DNA from: Lama glama
Lineage: Eukaryota
Length of the DNA stretch: 64,000 nucleotides
NCBI GenBank assembly: GCA_028534125.1
Contig: CM052817.1
Location: 34,970,001-35,034,000, forward strand
Direction: 5' to 3'
The position numbers and the translations under genes are program-made. The notes under the pieces are model-generated. The model did not search any database, had not been told where the DNA came from, and was given only the letters and a program-made list of their open reading frames with translations. Positions 12,970 through 27,068 of this stretch are shown here, in pieces; position 1 is the first letter of the stretch, and each line of letters opens with the position of its first letter.

Positions 12970-13274
12970 AAAAATATCACGTGGTAATTTATTGTTGCAC
13001 TGTGTAATACTAAATAGTACTCATCCTTGTATATGACAAAAACAGGAGGATTTTGACTTATTGGATTTTATTTAAACTTTTAATTTAATTTTTGCTTTTA
13101 TATTTTTCTCCTTTCCTTTCAGCACTTACCTCTTTGATATCTGGCAGTTACAGGTGATATTTAAATAGCTGAATTTTAGTAGGTTGCATTCTGAAAGTTA
13201 TTGATATAATTTATTTGGCTAATTATACATTTTGTATGCAACATTGTTTAAGATTTAATGACTTTTATTTGCAG

Positions 13275-13498
13275 AAAGAGAACTTACTTTGGAAGTTGAG
13301 AGGATGAGGCTAGAACATGGAATAAAACGTCGAGACAAGTCACCTTCTCGTTTAGATACGTTTCTGAAAGGTATAGAAGAGGAACGAGATTTTTATAAGA
13401 AAGAGCTAGAAAGACTCCAACATATAATACAACGAAGATCTTGCTCTAGAAGTTATTCTACATGTGAAAAAATTCCCGTGTTTAAAACACTAGAAAAG
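13275..13498 (+). CDS. CEP135: CEP135 coding exon (11), 224 bp
   Basis: ttttatttgcag|AA...AAG|gtaata; (E)RELTLEVERMRLEHGIKRRDKSPSRLDTFLKGIEEERDFYKKELERLQ...KTLEK. Confidence 0.95.
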
Positions 13499-15254
13499 GT
13501 AATATCTATGAGAGTAATTGATAAGGCAAGAGAGTATCTTTATGAGCAAACTGTCCTGGTTTATTAATTGTATTAAATGTAACTTTATTCATACTTGCTT
13601 TTAAGAAATTTTTCTTAATTTTGATATTTGTTTTCTTCTGTGACGTGTACTTTAGACACACTGCGTTAATTAGGAGAACTACTTAAGAACAAGGCATAAC
13701 ATACTGATTCCTGAAAATTAAGGAAAAATTGAATAGCTCATTTTATATATGGGAGGAGTGCAGGGGCATCTGAGCTTCCAGAAACTGGAGCCAGGAACTC
13801 ATGCTACCGGACATTGTCTCTCTTTCTAGCCTTTACTTTCTGGTATCAGCTGCATTTCCTCTCTTGAATCAGAGTGGCTTTTGTTCACACGGCAGGCAAC
13901 ATGGCTTCATGCTGTCCCCAGCCTCTGACCAGTCAGAAGGGCAGGCTGGGTATCTTCCATGATAACCGTGCAGCAGGAGAAGGTGCAAAATGGAAGTGAG
14001 TGCTGGACAGACCATCCCATTGATCTACTGCAGCCACATTTACAGCCTGGTAGTCTGAAGGTGTACACTATATAAACTTAACTATGATTCATGAAAGAGC
14101 AAAAGCATGTGTCTGTTTTAGGTCTTACTTATTTTTAACTTTTTATGAGTACCATTTAGATTCTTTAGATTTTTCTTTTCTTTTAGCTTTGGAGCTATAG
14201 GAGTCCTGGGGGCTTATATGACCCTAACATTATCCACACACTAGACAAAATTAGGAGAAGTTGGGAGTAAAGTCATTAAAACATTTGATTTTAGCTTTGT
14301 CTGAATTTACCAATTCTATCATCTTTTTTCTGAAGATCCTCTGTCCATTGTCAAATGGTTTTGAATCATTTTCTGATTAGACTCTGTTTCTTAACCTCAT
14401 TGGCTAGTGACTAAATTGATTTACAGAGTGTTAGTGTAAGCATTATGCTGTTATCTATTACAAGTCCAATGAATTGGTGGAAAAAGACAGTGTAAGTTAG
14501 TTTATGTGTTACTGAGTTGTTTTTTAAACTCCATATATACTAGGAATCAGGAAAAATAAATCGCTGAATTGATCATCTTCATTGTGTAGGACAGTTTTTC
14601 ACAAAATAATTGATTAGTTTAATCAAGTATTTATTAAATAAAACTAAGTAGATAAATATCTCAATGCATTTAACTTAAACATTTGATTCATTTGCTTGGT
14701 GTGGATTCAAAATTGAAAGACAAATGGGATACTAGCCAGATGCTGGTAAAATTAGGAGAGACTTCCCCACTTGGAACTTACTTAGTTTCTTGAAATATTC
14801 TAACATTACCTGACATAGATAAAGAATTCATTTTGTGAAGTCTAGAAAGTTGGTACATTGGTAGCGTTTTAGAGTCCCAATAATATATTGTAGGCATGAT
14901 AGAGTATAAGGGGACATGTACATGAGTGAAGTGGGTAAGACAGTTGTGAGTGCTGGGAACTAGAAAGTAAATCCCCACCTAATATTTTAAACATGTTAAG
15001 AAACACTTGACAGATAACAAAGACCCCTCTCAAGCTGGATTTGGTAAAAGCTGTGGGTTTTCAACCCCTGCTTTATGGCAAATTGTTAGGCAGTTTCTTG
15101 GGATTGCAGTCACTCAGAAAAGAATATTGTCACTTTCAATATCAATGACTTTTATTAACGATACATCCATTGATTCTCTTGCCTGTGTACGGACAGCAGT
15201 GTCCCCTTTCACCTCTTGTACTCACAGAGTTCCAAATATGAGTTTTGAGTATAG

Positions 15255-15470
15255 TGTAGTGGAAAGTGCTTTGGTGTTAGAGACTCGATAAAAATTTCAA
15301 CTCCATATACTGACTTTATGACCTTGAACAAGTTACCTAACTTCAGTGGAGCCCCAGTTTCCTCATTTACAAAGTGGAGAAAGTAACTACAACCTCTTGT
15401 AAAGATTACATGGAATAATTTATATAAGGGTCTAGCATAGCACCTAGTTCTCATAAATGTTTCGTTTCCT
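15255..15470 (+). mobile_element. MIR SINE
   Basis: tgaccttgaacaagttacctaacttcagtggagccccagtttcctcatttacaaagtgg, the MIR core. Confidence 0.8.
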
Positions 15471-15614
15471 TATTATTTGCTGATTCAGAGCACATCAGGT
15501 ATAGGTAGAAAATTAGGTTCAGTCCAATAGATATATACCAAGTGCCTGCTGTGAATGAGGCACCCAGGATATGAGATGAAGAAGACCTAGTTCCTGTACT
15601 CACAGTCTTTAACG

Positions 15615-15615
<1 letters not shown>

Positions 15616-15648
<33 letters not shown>
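15616..15648. repeat. (TG)n microsatellite
   Basis: About 16 TG units. Confidence 0.95.
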
Positions 15649-15649
<1 letters not shown>

Positions 15650-16839
15650 GGGAACAATGGAGAGGTGAAATGGAATTATTAACACAAATGTAAGTACCTA
15701 CATACAAGATATATTTAGAAAAGAGCTAGAGTTCCTACTTAAGAAGGCCAGGAAATAAATGTTAGGGAATTCATATGTTTTACCAGGTACCATGCTAGAC
15801 ACTAAAGATATGGTGAGTATGACCAGATACCTGCTGCTTTGTCTCTCACAGAGCTTACATTTTAGTGGTAAAGACACATTAAACACCCAACATGTAAATA
15901 ACTTTACAATCTCATGTATAATAAGTGATAATGAAGAAGATTCATAATGCTATGAAAGTATATAGAGGGACATCTAAATTAGATTGGAGAATCTGGAAGG
16001 ACTACTTAGAGAAAGTGACATTTAAGCTGAGACCTAGACAGTAATGAAAATTAGACTTCCAAATCCTTACTCATTGAGCTCTCCTTTTCTAAAATCTAGG
16101 CAGACCATCTCCTTTCTATAAGATATTTTTATTTAGAGATGGTTAGGTTACAGATTTTCTTTTATTCTTGTTCAAACCCTGATTAAGTCTTCCCCTAATT
16201 GCTTTTGTCCTGTAATATACCTTGTCCTTTAAGGTGTCCAGATAGCTAATCTCACCCATTATGCCTTGATTTTGCTCACCTAACCAAGGGGATAACTTAT
16301 TTCCGAGTGGCAGGTGAAAGGTATTTCACAGATACCTACTATTTACCAAGTCTCCATTGGACATAGTTATGTGCACGGTAAATACTGAACAACACACATC
16401 AGGATGCTTCCCAGTGTACCAGATTATCAGATTATCGCTATATGGAGCCTCTGCATTTAGAACTTGAACATTAAGATAACACAGATCCCAGATTTACATT
16501 TACCATCTTGATTTTCTACAATAGCTGTGAAAATAGTGGATTTTGTTGAATTGTACTGGAATAATAGGCATAATCTTGTTATAGAAATGTCAGAAGTAGT
16601 TGCTTATTCATTTAACATCCTTAATGTACACCATCTGGTAGAAATATTTCTACTTATCTGATTGCAGAAATAGACCTTACACAGGTTTGAAGCTGGGACA
16701 GTTGGGGGTTGGTGTGCCTGGGAAATTGATCTTAGATTCAGTCACAGAAAACAGAGGAATGTGCTAGGCTGTTACAGTTACTGTTCTGGGTGAGCAGGTG
16801 CACACATTCCCTATTTCTTCCCTTGGAGAGGGTTATAAC

Positions 16840-17020
16840 TAGGGGTTCCCAACAATCAGCATGCATCAGAATCACCTGGAGGACTTGATAAACCAGTTAC
16901 TGGCCCCTGTCCCCAGAGTTTCTGATTGAGTAAATCTGGGGTGGTCCCAAAACTTGCATGCCTAACCAGTTCCCCAGTGCTGCATGCTTCTGGTCTGGTG
17001 ATTATACCTTAGTCGCCACC
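16840..17020. mobile_element. MER5A-type hAT element
   Basis: gcatcagaatcacctggaggac...ccccagagtttctgattgagtaaatctggggtgg. Confidence 0.8.
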
Positions 17021-17323
17021 AGTATAAACAACTCTGGGAGAATGACAGTTGGAGCATTTGATGGGATCTAATGAAGTAGCATCAGTGGCAGCCAAGTCCC
17101 TTGCTGAACTTGAAGGCTAGGAAATTTGTCCTCATACTGCCAGCACTCTCATCTCCTGCTCTTCTCATAGATTAAAAATTGTGCTCCTTGTTTACACTAT
17201 AGGATATTGTGTTCTTTCTGTCTCTTAGCATCTTTCAGTGAGTCTTATCATCAGCATCTTTGTGGCAACCATGTGGTGATAATTACAACAAATGATAACT
17301 TCTGTTTTTAAATTATGTTTCAG

Positions 17324-17476
17324 GGTGATTACAATTCAGAAATCCATCTGATCACGAGAGAAAGAGACGAACTCCAGCGTATGCTAGAAAGATTTGAAAA
17401 ACATATGGAGGATATACAGTCCAATGTTAAATTATTGACAGCAGAAAGAGATAAACTAAGTGTCTTATATAATGAA
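17324..17476 (+). CDS. CEP135: CEP135 coding exon (12), 153 bp
   Basis: atgtttcag|GGT...GAA|gtaaga; GDYNSEIHLITRERDELQRMLERFEKHMEDIQSNVKLLTAERDKLSVLYNE. Confidence 0.95.
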
Positions 17477-18384
17477 GTAAGATATTGATTATAATTAAGC
17501 CAACAGATTATGTGGAACTAGTTAACTATAATGGAACCAATATATATATATCCTTTAAATTACTGTACTATATGGACCTTAGTGATTTTCCTTCATAGTT
17601 AGAATTATAAGTAATAGTTTCTTCTATCATCCTGTTCCCAAAGCAGGGATTTCTGTTGCTTTTCCGTATTTATTCTTCCTCTTTTCTAGCCTATCTGTGG
17701 GTCAGGTCAGTTAGAGATAATTCCCTATTTCTAAAGCTTCCGAAGGGTCACAGCCTGACTGAGCCAAGTGCATCCTTGGGATTCAGACATGTTGAGATAT
17801 GTCTGTCAAACAGTGGATAGTGCCCACTAATTGAATATATTGGATATTAAGGACTTAGCCTCTAGGGTTAGGGAGGGGAGATTCCATACAGCTTGGCCCA
17901 GTTACCAAGCCTCAGTTGTCAGAGGGCAGGGTGAGTCTGAGCAAAAGCATGGTGGTTATCACCTAAATTTGTTCCCATAGCAATCTCCCATGAAATCCTA
18001 CTGCTATTTTGAGAGCGAGAGAAGGACATGCAGGTTAAAAGTTCAAGTTCAAAAAGCTGTTTTCACTTTTGAAGCTTTTCTGGGATTCTGCAGTACAAAC
18101 TGATCCACTTCTGGGCTTTTCCCACTGTTGGCTTAGATTTCAGCTTTCTTGGGTCTGCTTAGTTAATTACTAGTTGTCCATCTGCCACTTGGTTTCAAAA
18201 TTTTTTTGACTGGCACTTCCTCAATCTCCTTGTCTTTTTGTTTTTATTATTATTACTTTAATCCTTTTAGTCTCATTTTGGTGGCATTTGGGAAAAGAGC
18301 AAAGGTAGCATGTGTTTAGTTTGCCTTTTCTTAAACTAGGAGCATATCCAGTGTTTTTTAATTTACGTGTTTCAATTCTTAAAG

Positions 18385-18537
18385 GCTCAGGAAGAATTAT
18401 CTGCACTGAGACAAAAGTCTTCCCAAACCACAGTTCCCCATAATACTGTTGGTCTTATAGAAAAGGAAAAAGAACTTGCATTATCTGACTTAAGAAGAAT
18501 TATGGCAGAAAAAGAAGCTTTAAAAGAGAAGTTGAAA
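18385..18537 (+). CDS. CEP135: CEP135 coding exon (13), 153 bp
   Basis: ttcttaaag|GCT...AAA|gtaagt; AQEELSALRQKSSQTTVPHNTVGLIEKEKELALSDLRRIMAEKEALKEKLK. Confidence 0.94.
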
Positions 18538-18628
18538 GTAAGTAATAAGATCGACTTATTTTTGAAAGGTGATTTTTTTAAGAAAAAGGAAGTTCTTTTT
18601 ATATGACGTGACTATTTTGATACTAGGC

Positions 18629-18942
18629 TGGGGTTTGGTAAATAATGGCACATGAGCTAAATCCAGAACACTGCTTTTATATGGCCCGTGTGCTAACATT
18701 GGGTTTTACATTTTTGAATCATTAAACAAATATCGAAAGAAGAATATTTCATGACACATCTAAATTATGAAATTCCAATTTCATCATTGGTTAATGTTAT
18801 TGGACTTCTCATTTGTTTGTGTGTTTTATGTAGCTTCTTTTGTGCTATAGTGGCAGAGTTAAGTAATTGCAACAAAAACTGTATGGGCCACAAAGCCTAA
18901 GATATTTATTATCTAGTTCTTTATAGAAAAGGACCAACCTCC
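18629..18942 (+). mobile_element. MER58B-type hAT element
   Basis: Ends gcagagttaagtaattgcaac...gccacaaagcctaagatatttattatct...ctttatagaaaa; length about 310 bp. Confidence 0.75.
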
Positions 18943-18984
18943 AGACTCAATAGGAAGGCCCTCATGTGGAGGGACATTATCTTT

Positions 18985-20040
18985 CTTTTTAAAAAATCTT
19001 CCTTGAGATACCATATAATTCATCCATTTTAAAATGTACAATTCATTGGGTTTTAGTATATGCAAAGATTTGTTGAACCATCAACACAGTCACTTTCAGA
19101 GCATTTTCATTACCTCAGAAAGAAAGCCTGTACCCATTAGCAGCCACCCTTCATTCCCCCCCATCCCCCTCAGGCCTGGGCGACCACTAGGCTACTCTCT
19201 GTCTCTCCACATTTGCCTATTTGAACATTTCATATAAATTGAATCATTCAGTATGTATTTTTATGTCTGGCTTCTCTAGCTTAGCATAACATTTTCAAGG
19301 TTCATCCATTATGTAATATGTGTCAATACTTTATTCATTTTTATTGTGGAATGATATTCCATTGTATGGACAGACAACATTTATCATTGGGGTGGTTTCC
19401 ACTTTTGGCTATTATGGAAAAGGGTGATATGGACATTTGTGTACAACTTTTTATGTGGATGTATGTTTTCATTTATCTTGGGTATGTGTCTAGAGTCATG
19501 TGATAACTATAACTAACCATTGGGCACCTGCCAGGCTGTTTTCCAAAGTGACTACCATTTATATCCCCACCATCAGTGTGTAAGAGTTCTCATTTCTCCG
19601 CATCCTCACCGATACTTATTATTATCTCGGTTTTTTATTATCATCATGCTGGTGGGTGTGAAGTATCTATTGCAGTTTTGATTTGCATTTCCCCAATGGC
19701 TAATGTGCTTATTTTCGTGTGCTTATTTGGCCGTTTGTGTATCTTCTTTAGAGAAATGTTTATTTAGATCCTTTGCCCATTTTTAAACTGAGTTATTTGT
19801 CATTATCATTGAGTTGTAAAAATACTGTATATATTCTCAATACAGATCCTTTATCAGATGTATGATTTGCAAATACTTTCCCCATTTTTCATTTTCTTAG
19901 TATTGTCCTTTGAAGCACACAAATTTTTAATTTTGATGAAGTCTAATTTATCTATTTTCTTCTTTTGTTAACATTTGTTATTGAGTTACAGTCATTTTAC
20001 AATGTTGTGTTTGTTGCTTATGGTTTTGATGCGATATCTA
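18985..20040 (-). mobile_element. L1MB-type 3' fragment
   Basis: Antisense L1 3' UTR and ORF2 end (gttttgatttgcatttccccaatggctaatg; tttaattttgatgaagtctaattt). Confidence 0.88.
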
Positions 20041-20872
20041 GGGGCAATATACTATAACTCCAGAAAATGTTAATACACATAAAGCACTTAACAGTGCTCA
20101 GTATGTTTTAAAAACTCAATATTAACTGTTATTGTTACTATTATGAAGTCTATAGTTTACTTCCAATAAATATTATTGAATAAATGCTTAGAAATTAGTA
20201 GCTAAGGTTAAGAATAAGAACATGTAAGTATTATAAAGGTAATCTTTATGTCATAAATTTTTAGTTAAAGTTTTACCCCAACAGAATACTTTTAATTGGG
20301 ATCTTTTGGAATACTGCCTTCCTAAAATAAGTGTTAAAATTACCAAATGGAAAACTTCTGCACAATATGGCAGCTTTTAGTACAAGCTACTGATTTGTCC
20401 TTTTCCATATCTGTTGAAATGACTAAGGAATGTAAAAATAGGATTTAAAAATGTAGTACTACTGAAAACTCAGATAAAGTGACATTTGTATTACCAGATG
20501 ATCTTTCTGGATTATAGGATGCAGGACTTATGAGTTTACAGTAGATCTTTTACTTGAAAACTGAACTAATTCTTTCAGTCTTTAAGTCTCTAGTAGTTTC
20601 CTGTTGTTCCACTGTCCTCCCAGCCATTGAACCCAGGCATCATCACTGACTTCTCTCTCCCTAAAAGCTCCTATCTCTCAATTAGTCACAAACTCCCAGT
20701 GATGCTGTGTTTTAAATAATAGTTAACATTTATTAAGCCCTTTCCATGTGAAAAGCTCTGTTCTAAGTGCTTTTTACAAGGCTATCTCAATAAATCTTCA
20801 CAATTACCTTTTAAGTTGGGTCATGTTACAGAAGTGGTCTCTGAGTCACAGTAAGTTCAAATAATTTGCCCA

Positions 20873-21750
20873 GCCAGCAGACACGTGAAAAGATGTTCAG
20901 TATCACTAATCATAGAGAAGTGCAGATCAGAACCACAATGAAATATCACCTCACTCCTGTCAGAATGGCCATCATCAAAAAGACCACAAATAACAAACGT
21001 TGGCGAGTATGTAGAGAAAAGGGAACACTTGTGCACTGTTTGTGGGAATGTAAATTGGTGCAGCCACTATGAAAAACAATATGGCAGTTCCTCAAAAACT
21101 AAAAATAGAATTACTGTATGATCCAGCAATTCTACTCCTGGGTATGTATCTAAAGAAAATGAAAACACTAATTTGAAAAGATAAATGTACCTTGATGTTC
21201 ATGGCAGCATTATTTACAATTGCCAAGATATAGAAGCAACCTAAGTGTCCATCAGCAGATGACTGGGTAAAGAAGATGGGGTATATATATATATAATAAT
21301 AGAGTACCACTCAGCCAAAAGAAAGAAAAAGATTGCCATTTGCAACAATATGGATGGATTTGGAGGGTATTATACTTGTTAGATAAGTCAGAGGAAGACA
21401 AATACTGTATGTTAGCACTTACATGTGGAACGTAAAAAGTGAAACAAACTAGTGAATATAACAAAAAAGAATCAGACTCATAGAAAACAAAGTAGTGGTT
21501 ACCAGTGGGGAGAGGGAAGGTGGGTGGAACAAGATAGGGGTAGGAGGTTACGAGGAACAAACTGCTATGTGTAAGTAAGCTACAGTGATATATTGTACAG
21601 CACAGGGACCATAGCCAATATTTTATATGTAACTATAAATGGAGTTAACCTTTAAAAATTTTGAATGACTATGTTGTATTCCTAAAACTTATATAATATT
21701 ATGAATCAACTATACCTTAATAAAAATAAAAATTTTTTTAAAATGATAAT
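20873..21750 (+). mobile_element. 5'-truncated LINE-1 (ORF2 end + 3' UTR) with a 13-bp TSD, inserted in a MIR
   Basis: [24 protein letters not shown]-rich tail; TSD aataatttgccca at 20860-20872 and 21751-21763. Confidence 0.92.
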
Positions 21751-23101
21751 AATAATTTGCCCAAGATTACCTAACTAATGAAGTCACAAAGAATCTGGTT
21801 CCTGAGCTCACATTGGTTTCTCTTGAATCAGTCTACTTGTTTCCGTTGCCCTGCCACCATCCTGTTCTGGCCACTCTTCGCAGCTGCACTAGTATGTTAG
21901 TGCCCTCTCAAATCTGTATTTCACACTGAAGTCAGAGTCATCTTTCAAAGATACAAATTTGATCACATCACTTCCTATTTAAAATCCATTAACTATTTTC
22001 AGGGACTTCGATGACTGACCCTTGCCTACTTCAAGGTGTAGCTTCTTTTCCCCAAGCTCATCTTTCCTTATTTCCTACCTCTCATTTTCTCAACTCCAGG
22101 TTTAATGGGCTTTTTCTTGCCCTCAACTTTCTTCATAGGCTGTTGAAAAAATCCTTCACCCCTTCCAATTCCCTCACCTGGCTAATTCCCATTTATCCTT
22201 TAGAGCCAGGTTAAACATCTTTTCCTAGCAAAATATTCACGGAGTTTATTTTAATATCTTGTTTAAAGTTTGTCTTTTCTACTAGGCTATAATGTTGATG
22301 ATATCAGAGACTTTACCCATTTTACTCACAACTGTATTTCTATCACCTTGTTTGGTGCTTGGTATATAGTATGTACTTAATATTGGTTGAATGATTTAGT
22401 AAATGAAAAAAATGCATACAGCACAATGACCTTTTCAACAAAATATATAATCCAAACATCAGATGTCTTTATTTACTTATTTTTAATGGATAACATGGAT
22501 GGAAGTAAGAATTTGCACTAGAAAAATTCTCAGACAAAAATAAACTAAAAAAAAGAAAAATTATGGGGAATACCAACATATCACTTGTCCTAGACTTAGC
22601 ATCAGCAAAAGTTGGACAAGGTAAAATAACCAAGAAAAAGCTCTTGTGTTTACACTGTTGACAAGCTCATTCTTAAGACTCTGATCTCTTGCATTGCCCT
22701 GTAGTATTTTGTTTCCTGTGTCTTTCCAATCCCATCTGTTCTTCGTTTACACTCTGTTCCTCTTACATCTCCTTTCATGAGGGCATACTCCTGAGCTTAC
22801 TTAACCTGGTGAGTTTTTCCCTTTATAATTGTGTTAATGGATTGATCTGTATAAATCTTCATGGATCCGTGCCAATCTGTGTCTTCTATTAAAGTCACAC
22901 GTGGAGGTAGAGTGTAAAAGATGAGAACCTCTTGTGTTTTTGTTTTCAACCCAAAGCATTATTTTGTAAAATTTCTAATAATTTTATTTCTAAAACATTA
23001 TAAAAAGACAAATGAAATAGTACCATAGGCTTGCATTGCTTATTGTGGTCATTTTGTTTTATTATCTGATATGAATGAACATCTATGAAATTCTCTTACA
23101 G

Positions 23102-23179
23102 CATCTCCAGGAAATGAGTATTTTTGGAAAATCAGAATTAGAGAAAACTATAGAACATTTGACATGTGTTAATCACCAG
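23102..23179 (+). CDS. CEP135: CEP135 coding exon (14), 78 bp
   Basis: ttctcttacag|CAT...CAG|gtaatt; HLQEMSIFGKSELEKTIEHLTCVNHQ. Confidence 0.93.
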
Positions 23180-23639
23180 GTAATTTATGAAACTGGATTT
23201 GGGATATGTTTTGTTGTATGAATGACTTATTGTAGTTTTAGTGTACTGTATGTTTTTAAAGTTACAAAATAATATGTTAGAGAAACTGTGTAACAGTGAT
23301 GAGGAATATATACTCTGAAGGTTGATTACTTGGGTTTAAATCTGTCACCTGTTTGTTATCTGCAAGCCAGTTTCTTAAACTTTCTGTCCCTTAATTTATT
23401 TGTAAAATAGGAATGATGCTAATACTTCTTAGAGTTTTTGTGAAAATTAAATGAGTTAATACATGTCAAGAACTTAGAAGAGTCACTGGCATATCATAAG
23501 CACTCAATAGGTGTTAGCTATGATTATGTTGTTTTGTTCTTGTTTTAAAAATCTTATAATACAGACTAGAGTAAAAAGCGAAATTCATTTTTACTCCTTT
23601 ATTGCTCTCACTATAGAGAGGGTTTTTTTTAACAAATTC

Positions 23640-26520
23640 GCATGTGTTCTGCTAGTCTGTTTTCTCTCTGTGTTTTGTTATGGCTCGTTTCCTTTTCTAT
23701 ATCGTCACTGTTTTTATTTGTCTACTACTTTGATCAATTTTGGGTCAGTTGATTTTTTTTCCCCCTCTTTCTCTTAATTTGTATTTTCCTGCTTTTTTGC
23801 ATGCCTGGTAACTTTAGATTGGATGTCAGACATTGTGAATTTTATTTTCTTGGTTGCTGGAGAGCTTATATTCCTAGAAACACTCTTTGTTCTGGGATAT
23901 ATTTAAGTCAGATAGAAGTAGCTTGATCCTTTTCAGTTTTGCTTTTAAGCTTCATTCGGTGGGACCAGAGTAGCATTTAGTTTGGACTAATTTTGTTTTA
24001 CTACTAAGACTACATCTTTTTGAGTACACTACCTATTGCCCTATGAATTATGAGGTTTTCAAATGACTGATGGGAACAGAAACTATTTCTGGCCCTACAT
24101 GAGCTCTCAGTATTGTTCCCTCTAATTCTTTGATGATTCTTTCCCTGGCTTTGGATTGCTTTCTAGGAGCTGAGCTCTACTCAGCTGAAGGATCAAGGGG
24201 CACCCTTTACAGAACTCTGGAGCTCTTACTCTGTGCAGCTCTCCTCCAGTATCTGCCCAGCAAACTCTAACTGCCTTGGCCTCCCTTGCCTCTCGTATTC
24301 TGAACTTACAGGAACCACCAGGTCCAGCTGGGTTCCTTTCCCTGTGCCACAGTCTGGAAATCCTTCAGACAGTAGGCTAGAACAATCATAGGGCTCACCT
24401 ACTTTGTTTCCTGTCTCTCAGGGATCACTATCCATCATTGCCTGATGCCCAGTGTCTTGACAATCATTTCATGTATTTTGCCCAAATTTTTAGTTATTTC
24501 AATAGGTTAGAAGGGTCCCTGTCACTCCAGCCTGCCTAGAAAGCTGAGAACAAGAATTAATGAATGGGAAAATTTATCTGAGGTAGTACAAGTCAGTGGA
24601 AAGAGACTAGGAGATAGAGAATACAAAATAAGTTAAAGCCTTAGAGAATAAAGGGAGACGGTCCAACATTTATTTAGTCAAAATTCTAGGAGAATATAAT
24701 AGCATGTGGGAGAGTCAGTATTTGAAGACATAATAACTGATACTTTTCTAGGTGTTATGAAAGCACAGGAATCCTCTAATTCAGAATGCACAGTGAATTC
24801 CAGTAGTGTGACAAGTCTCAAGTAAGATAAATAAAAATCCATGTCATTTTCATAATGATAAACAATACCAGATACCTATGTATAATTTTGTAGGATCTTA
24901 ATGGAAAACATTATGCAACCTTATTAAAAGACATTAAGGAAGATCTAAATAAGTGGAGCAATATATCAGGTTTATTTAAAAGGTGACATGTTTATAGAAA
25001 GAAAGTGAATTCTCCCCAAAGTAATCTGCACAGTTGATAGAATTTCAGCTGAAATCCCAAGAAGGCGAGGTGTGTCTGGGTGTGTGGGGTGTGTTAAAAT
25101 TGACAATAGATTTTAAAATGTACATGGAAGCTGAGCCAAGAATCACAAAGAAATTTTAAAGAACATGGTGTGGAACTTGTTCTACTAGATATTGAAGGCT
25201 CTGGAGTCAGTGATTAAGATAAGAGTGGTAGTGCTCAGGGATTGAGAGGGAGAAAACCCAGTAGAGAAAAACCTACAAATGACGGAAATTTGATCTATGG
25301 AAGACTCAGATCAATGGGGGAAAGAGAGGATTATTCAGTAATTGTTTCTGGGACCGTTGCCTGTTCATATATATGTATATGAAAAAGGAATTGGGTCCCA
25401 CGTCAGATATACCATACTCAAAAACTAGTTCAAGGTTACTTGCAGTCTTGAATGTTCAAGAAATAACTACAAATTTTAAAAGAAAATACAGGAAAAAATC
25501 TTTTTGACCTTAGAGAAATAATAATAATAGCAATTGTTTATAGAGCATTTACTGTGTGTCAGGTACTTTTCTTAACATTTTATATAAATATACACACATA
25601 CGTATGTATTTTTCACATATATAATTTTAATTCTAACGACAATCATATGAAGTAAATGTTAGTATTAGCCCCATTTCACAGATAAGAAAACTGAGGCAGA
25701 GGGGAAGCTTGCCCAAGCTAGCATGTATCTGGTGTCAGAATCTGTGATCCTAAACAAGACACAAATAAGTTTATTTCTTTAAAGAAAACATAGATAAATA
25801 GGATCACATTGACAAGAACATCTTTGTTTATCAAATAGCCATAAATTGAAAGGATAAGCACTAATTGAGAGAACAACTTGCTATGTATGCATTTAACCTA
25901 AAAAAACTCAGCAGAAGCTATGAATTGACACTTCCTGGCAGAAGACATTATAAATGGTTAAAGTAAAAAGATATTCTACCTCAATAATAGGGGAAATACC
26001 AATTAAAACCACAGCAAAATCATTTCATATCCATCAGGTCATCAGATATTAACAAATTATAACAAATATTATAGCAAGCAAGTTTAGCTTCTGGGAGTGC
26101 AAACTGGTACCTCCTTGAGAGTATGTGGCATCGGTCTAGGTTAGCAAAGGCATACCCCATTAGCCAGCAAATCCATTTCTAGAGATATACCCTGGATTGA
26201 AGTCAATAAACTACGGCCCCCAGACCAAATCTAACCTCCAGTCTGTTTTTGTAGTAAAATTTTTATTGGAACACAGCCATGCTCATTTGTTTATACATTG
26301 CCTGTGGCTGTTTTTGTGTTGTAGTGGAGTAGTGACAACAGGACCATAAGGCTCACAAAAACCTAAAATGTTTACTCTCTGGAAGAAAATGAAAAACAAT
26401 CTACATGGGGAAAATAGATAAGCAATGGTTTAACTTAATGGAGTGTTACAGAGCAGTAAAAATGAATGAACAATAGCTACAAACATCAACCTGCATGAAT
26501 CTTACAAATATGTTGAAGTA
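23640..26520. mobile_element. Mosaic of old L1M fragments in both orientations, interrupted by a MIR (about 25520-25750) and a MER58A (about 26197-26383)
   Basis: L1 motifs aaagacattaaggaagatctaaataagtgg and aataccaattaaaaccacag; MIR cagataagaaaactgaggc; MER58 ttattggaacacagccatgctcatttgttt. Confidence 0.65.
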
Positions 26521-27068
26521 AGCATGCAGTGATTCTTCAGTAAGCCAATAACTCCCCTTAGGTTTCATAGCCCTTTCCCAAACAGGCAGACATGTGATAT
26601 GGGTGGGAAAAGGTGGCTTTACTTTTTTTGGGATATGTCGTTGGATTAAGCTGATCAAAACAGAGGTAGTCCATTTTGTTTCTGTTAGGGAATCTTTGGT
26701 CTCCCAACAAATTTAATTCCCTTTTTTAAAATAGAAGAGTATCTTAGGTATATGAACTATATAATATGTGAGCCCATTAGGAAAATTGAGTATTTTCTCC
26801 ATGTACATGAAAATTGTTTTGTTATGTAGCAAATCTGTTATACATCGTCTGGATATTCACCCGACAAAAATAGGTATGTGAATTATGTTTGCACACATTC
26901 TCAAAAATAAATAACTGTCCCTGATGAGTAGGTATGTTTGACGCCAGTGGCTTGTGTTGTAATTAATACTAACGGAGAAACCGGAGTCAGGAATTTCTTT
27001 ATAAACTGTATATTGTTTGGAGATTAATACAAGTGTGGTGTGCTAAGGAAAAGCAAGAAATGAGAGCA

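Noticed and set aside
16280..16660. Cluster of GATA-like motifs as an intronic enhancer
   Set aside because: WGATAR matches are common in AT-rich DNA, and the density is not clearly above chance.
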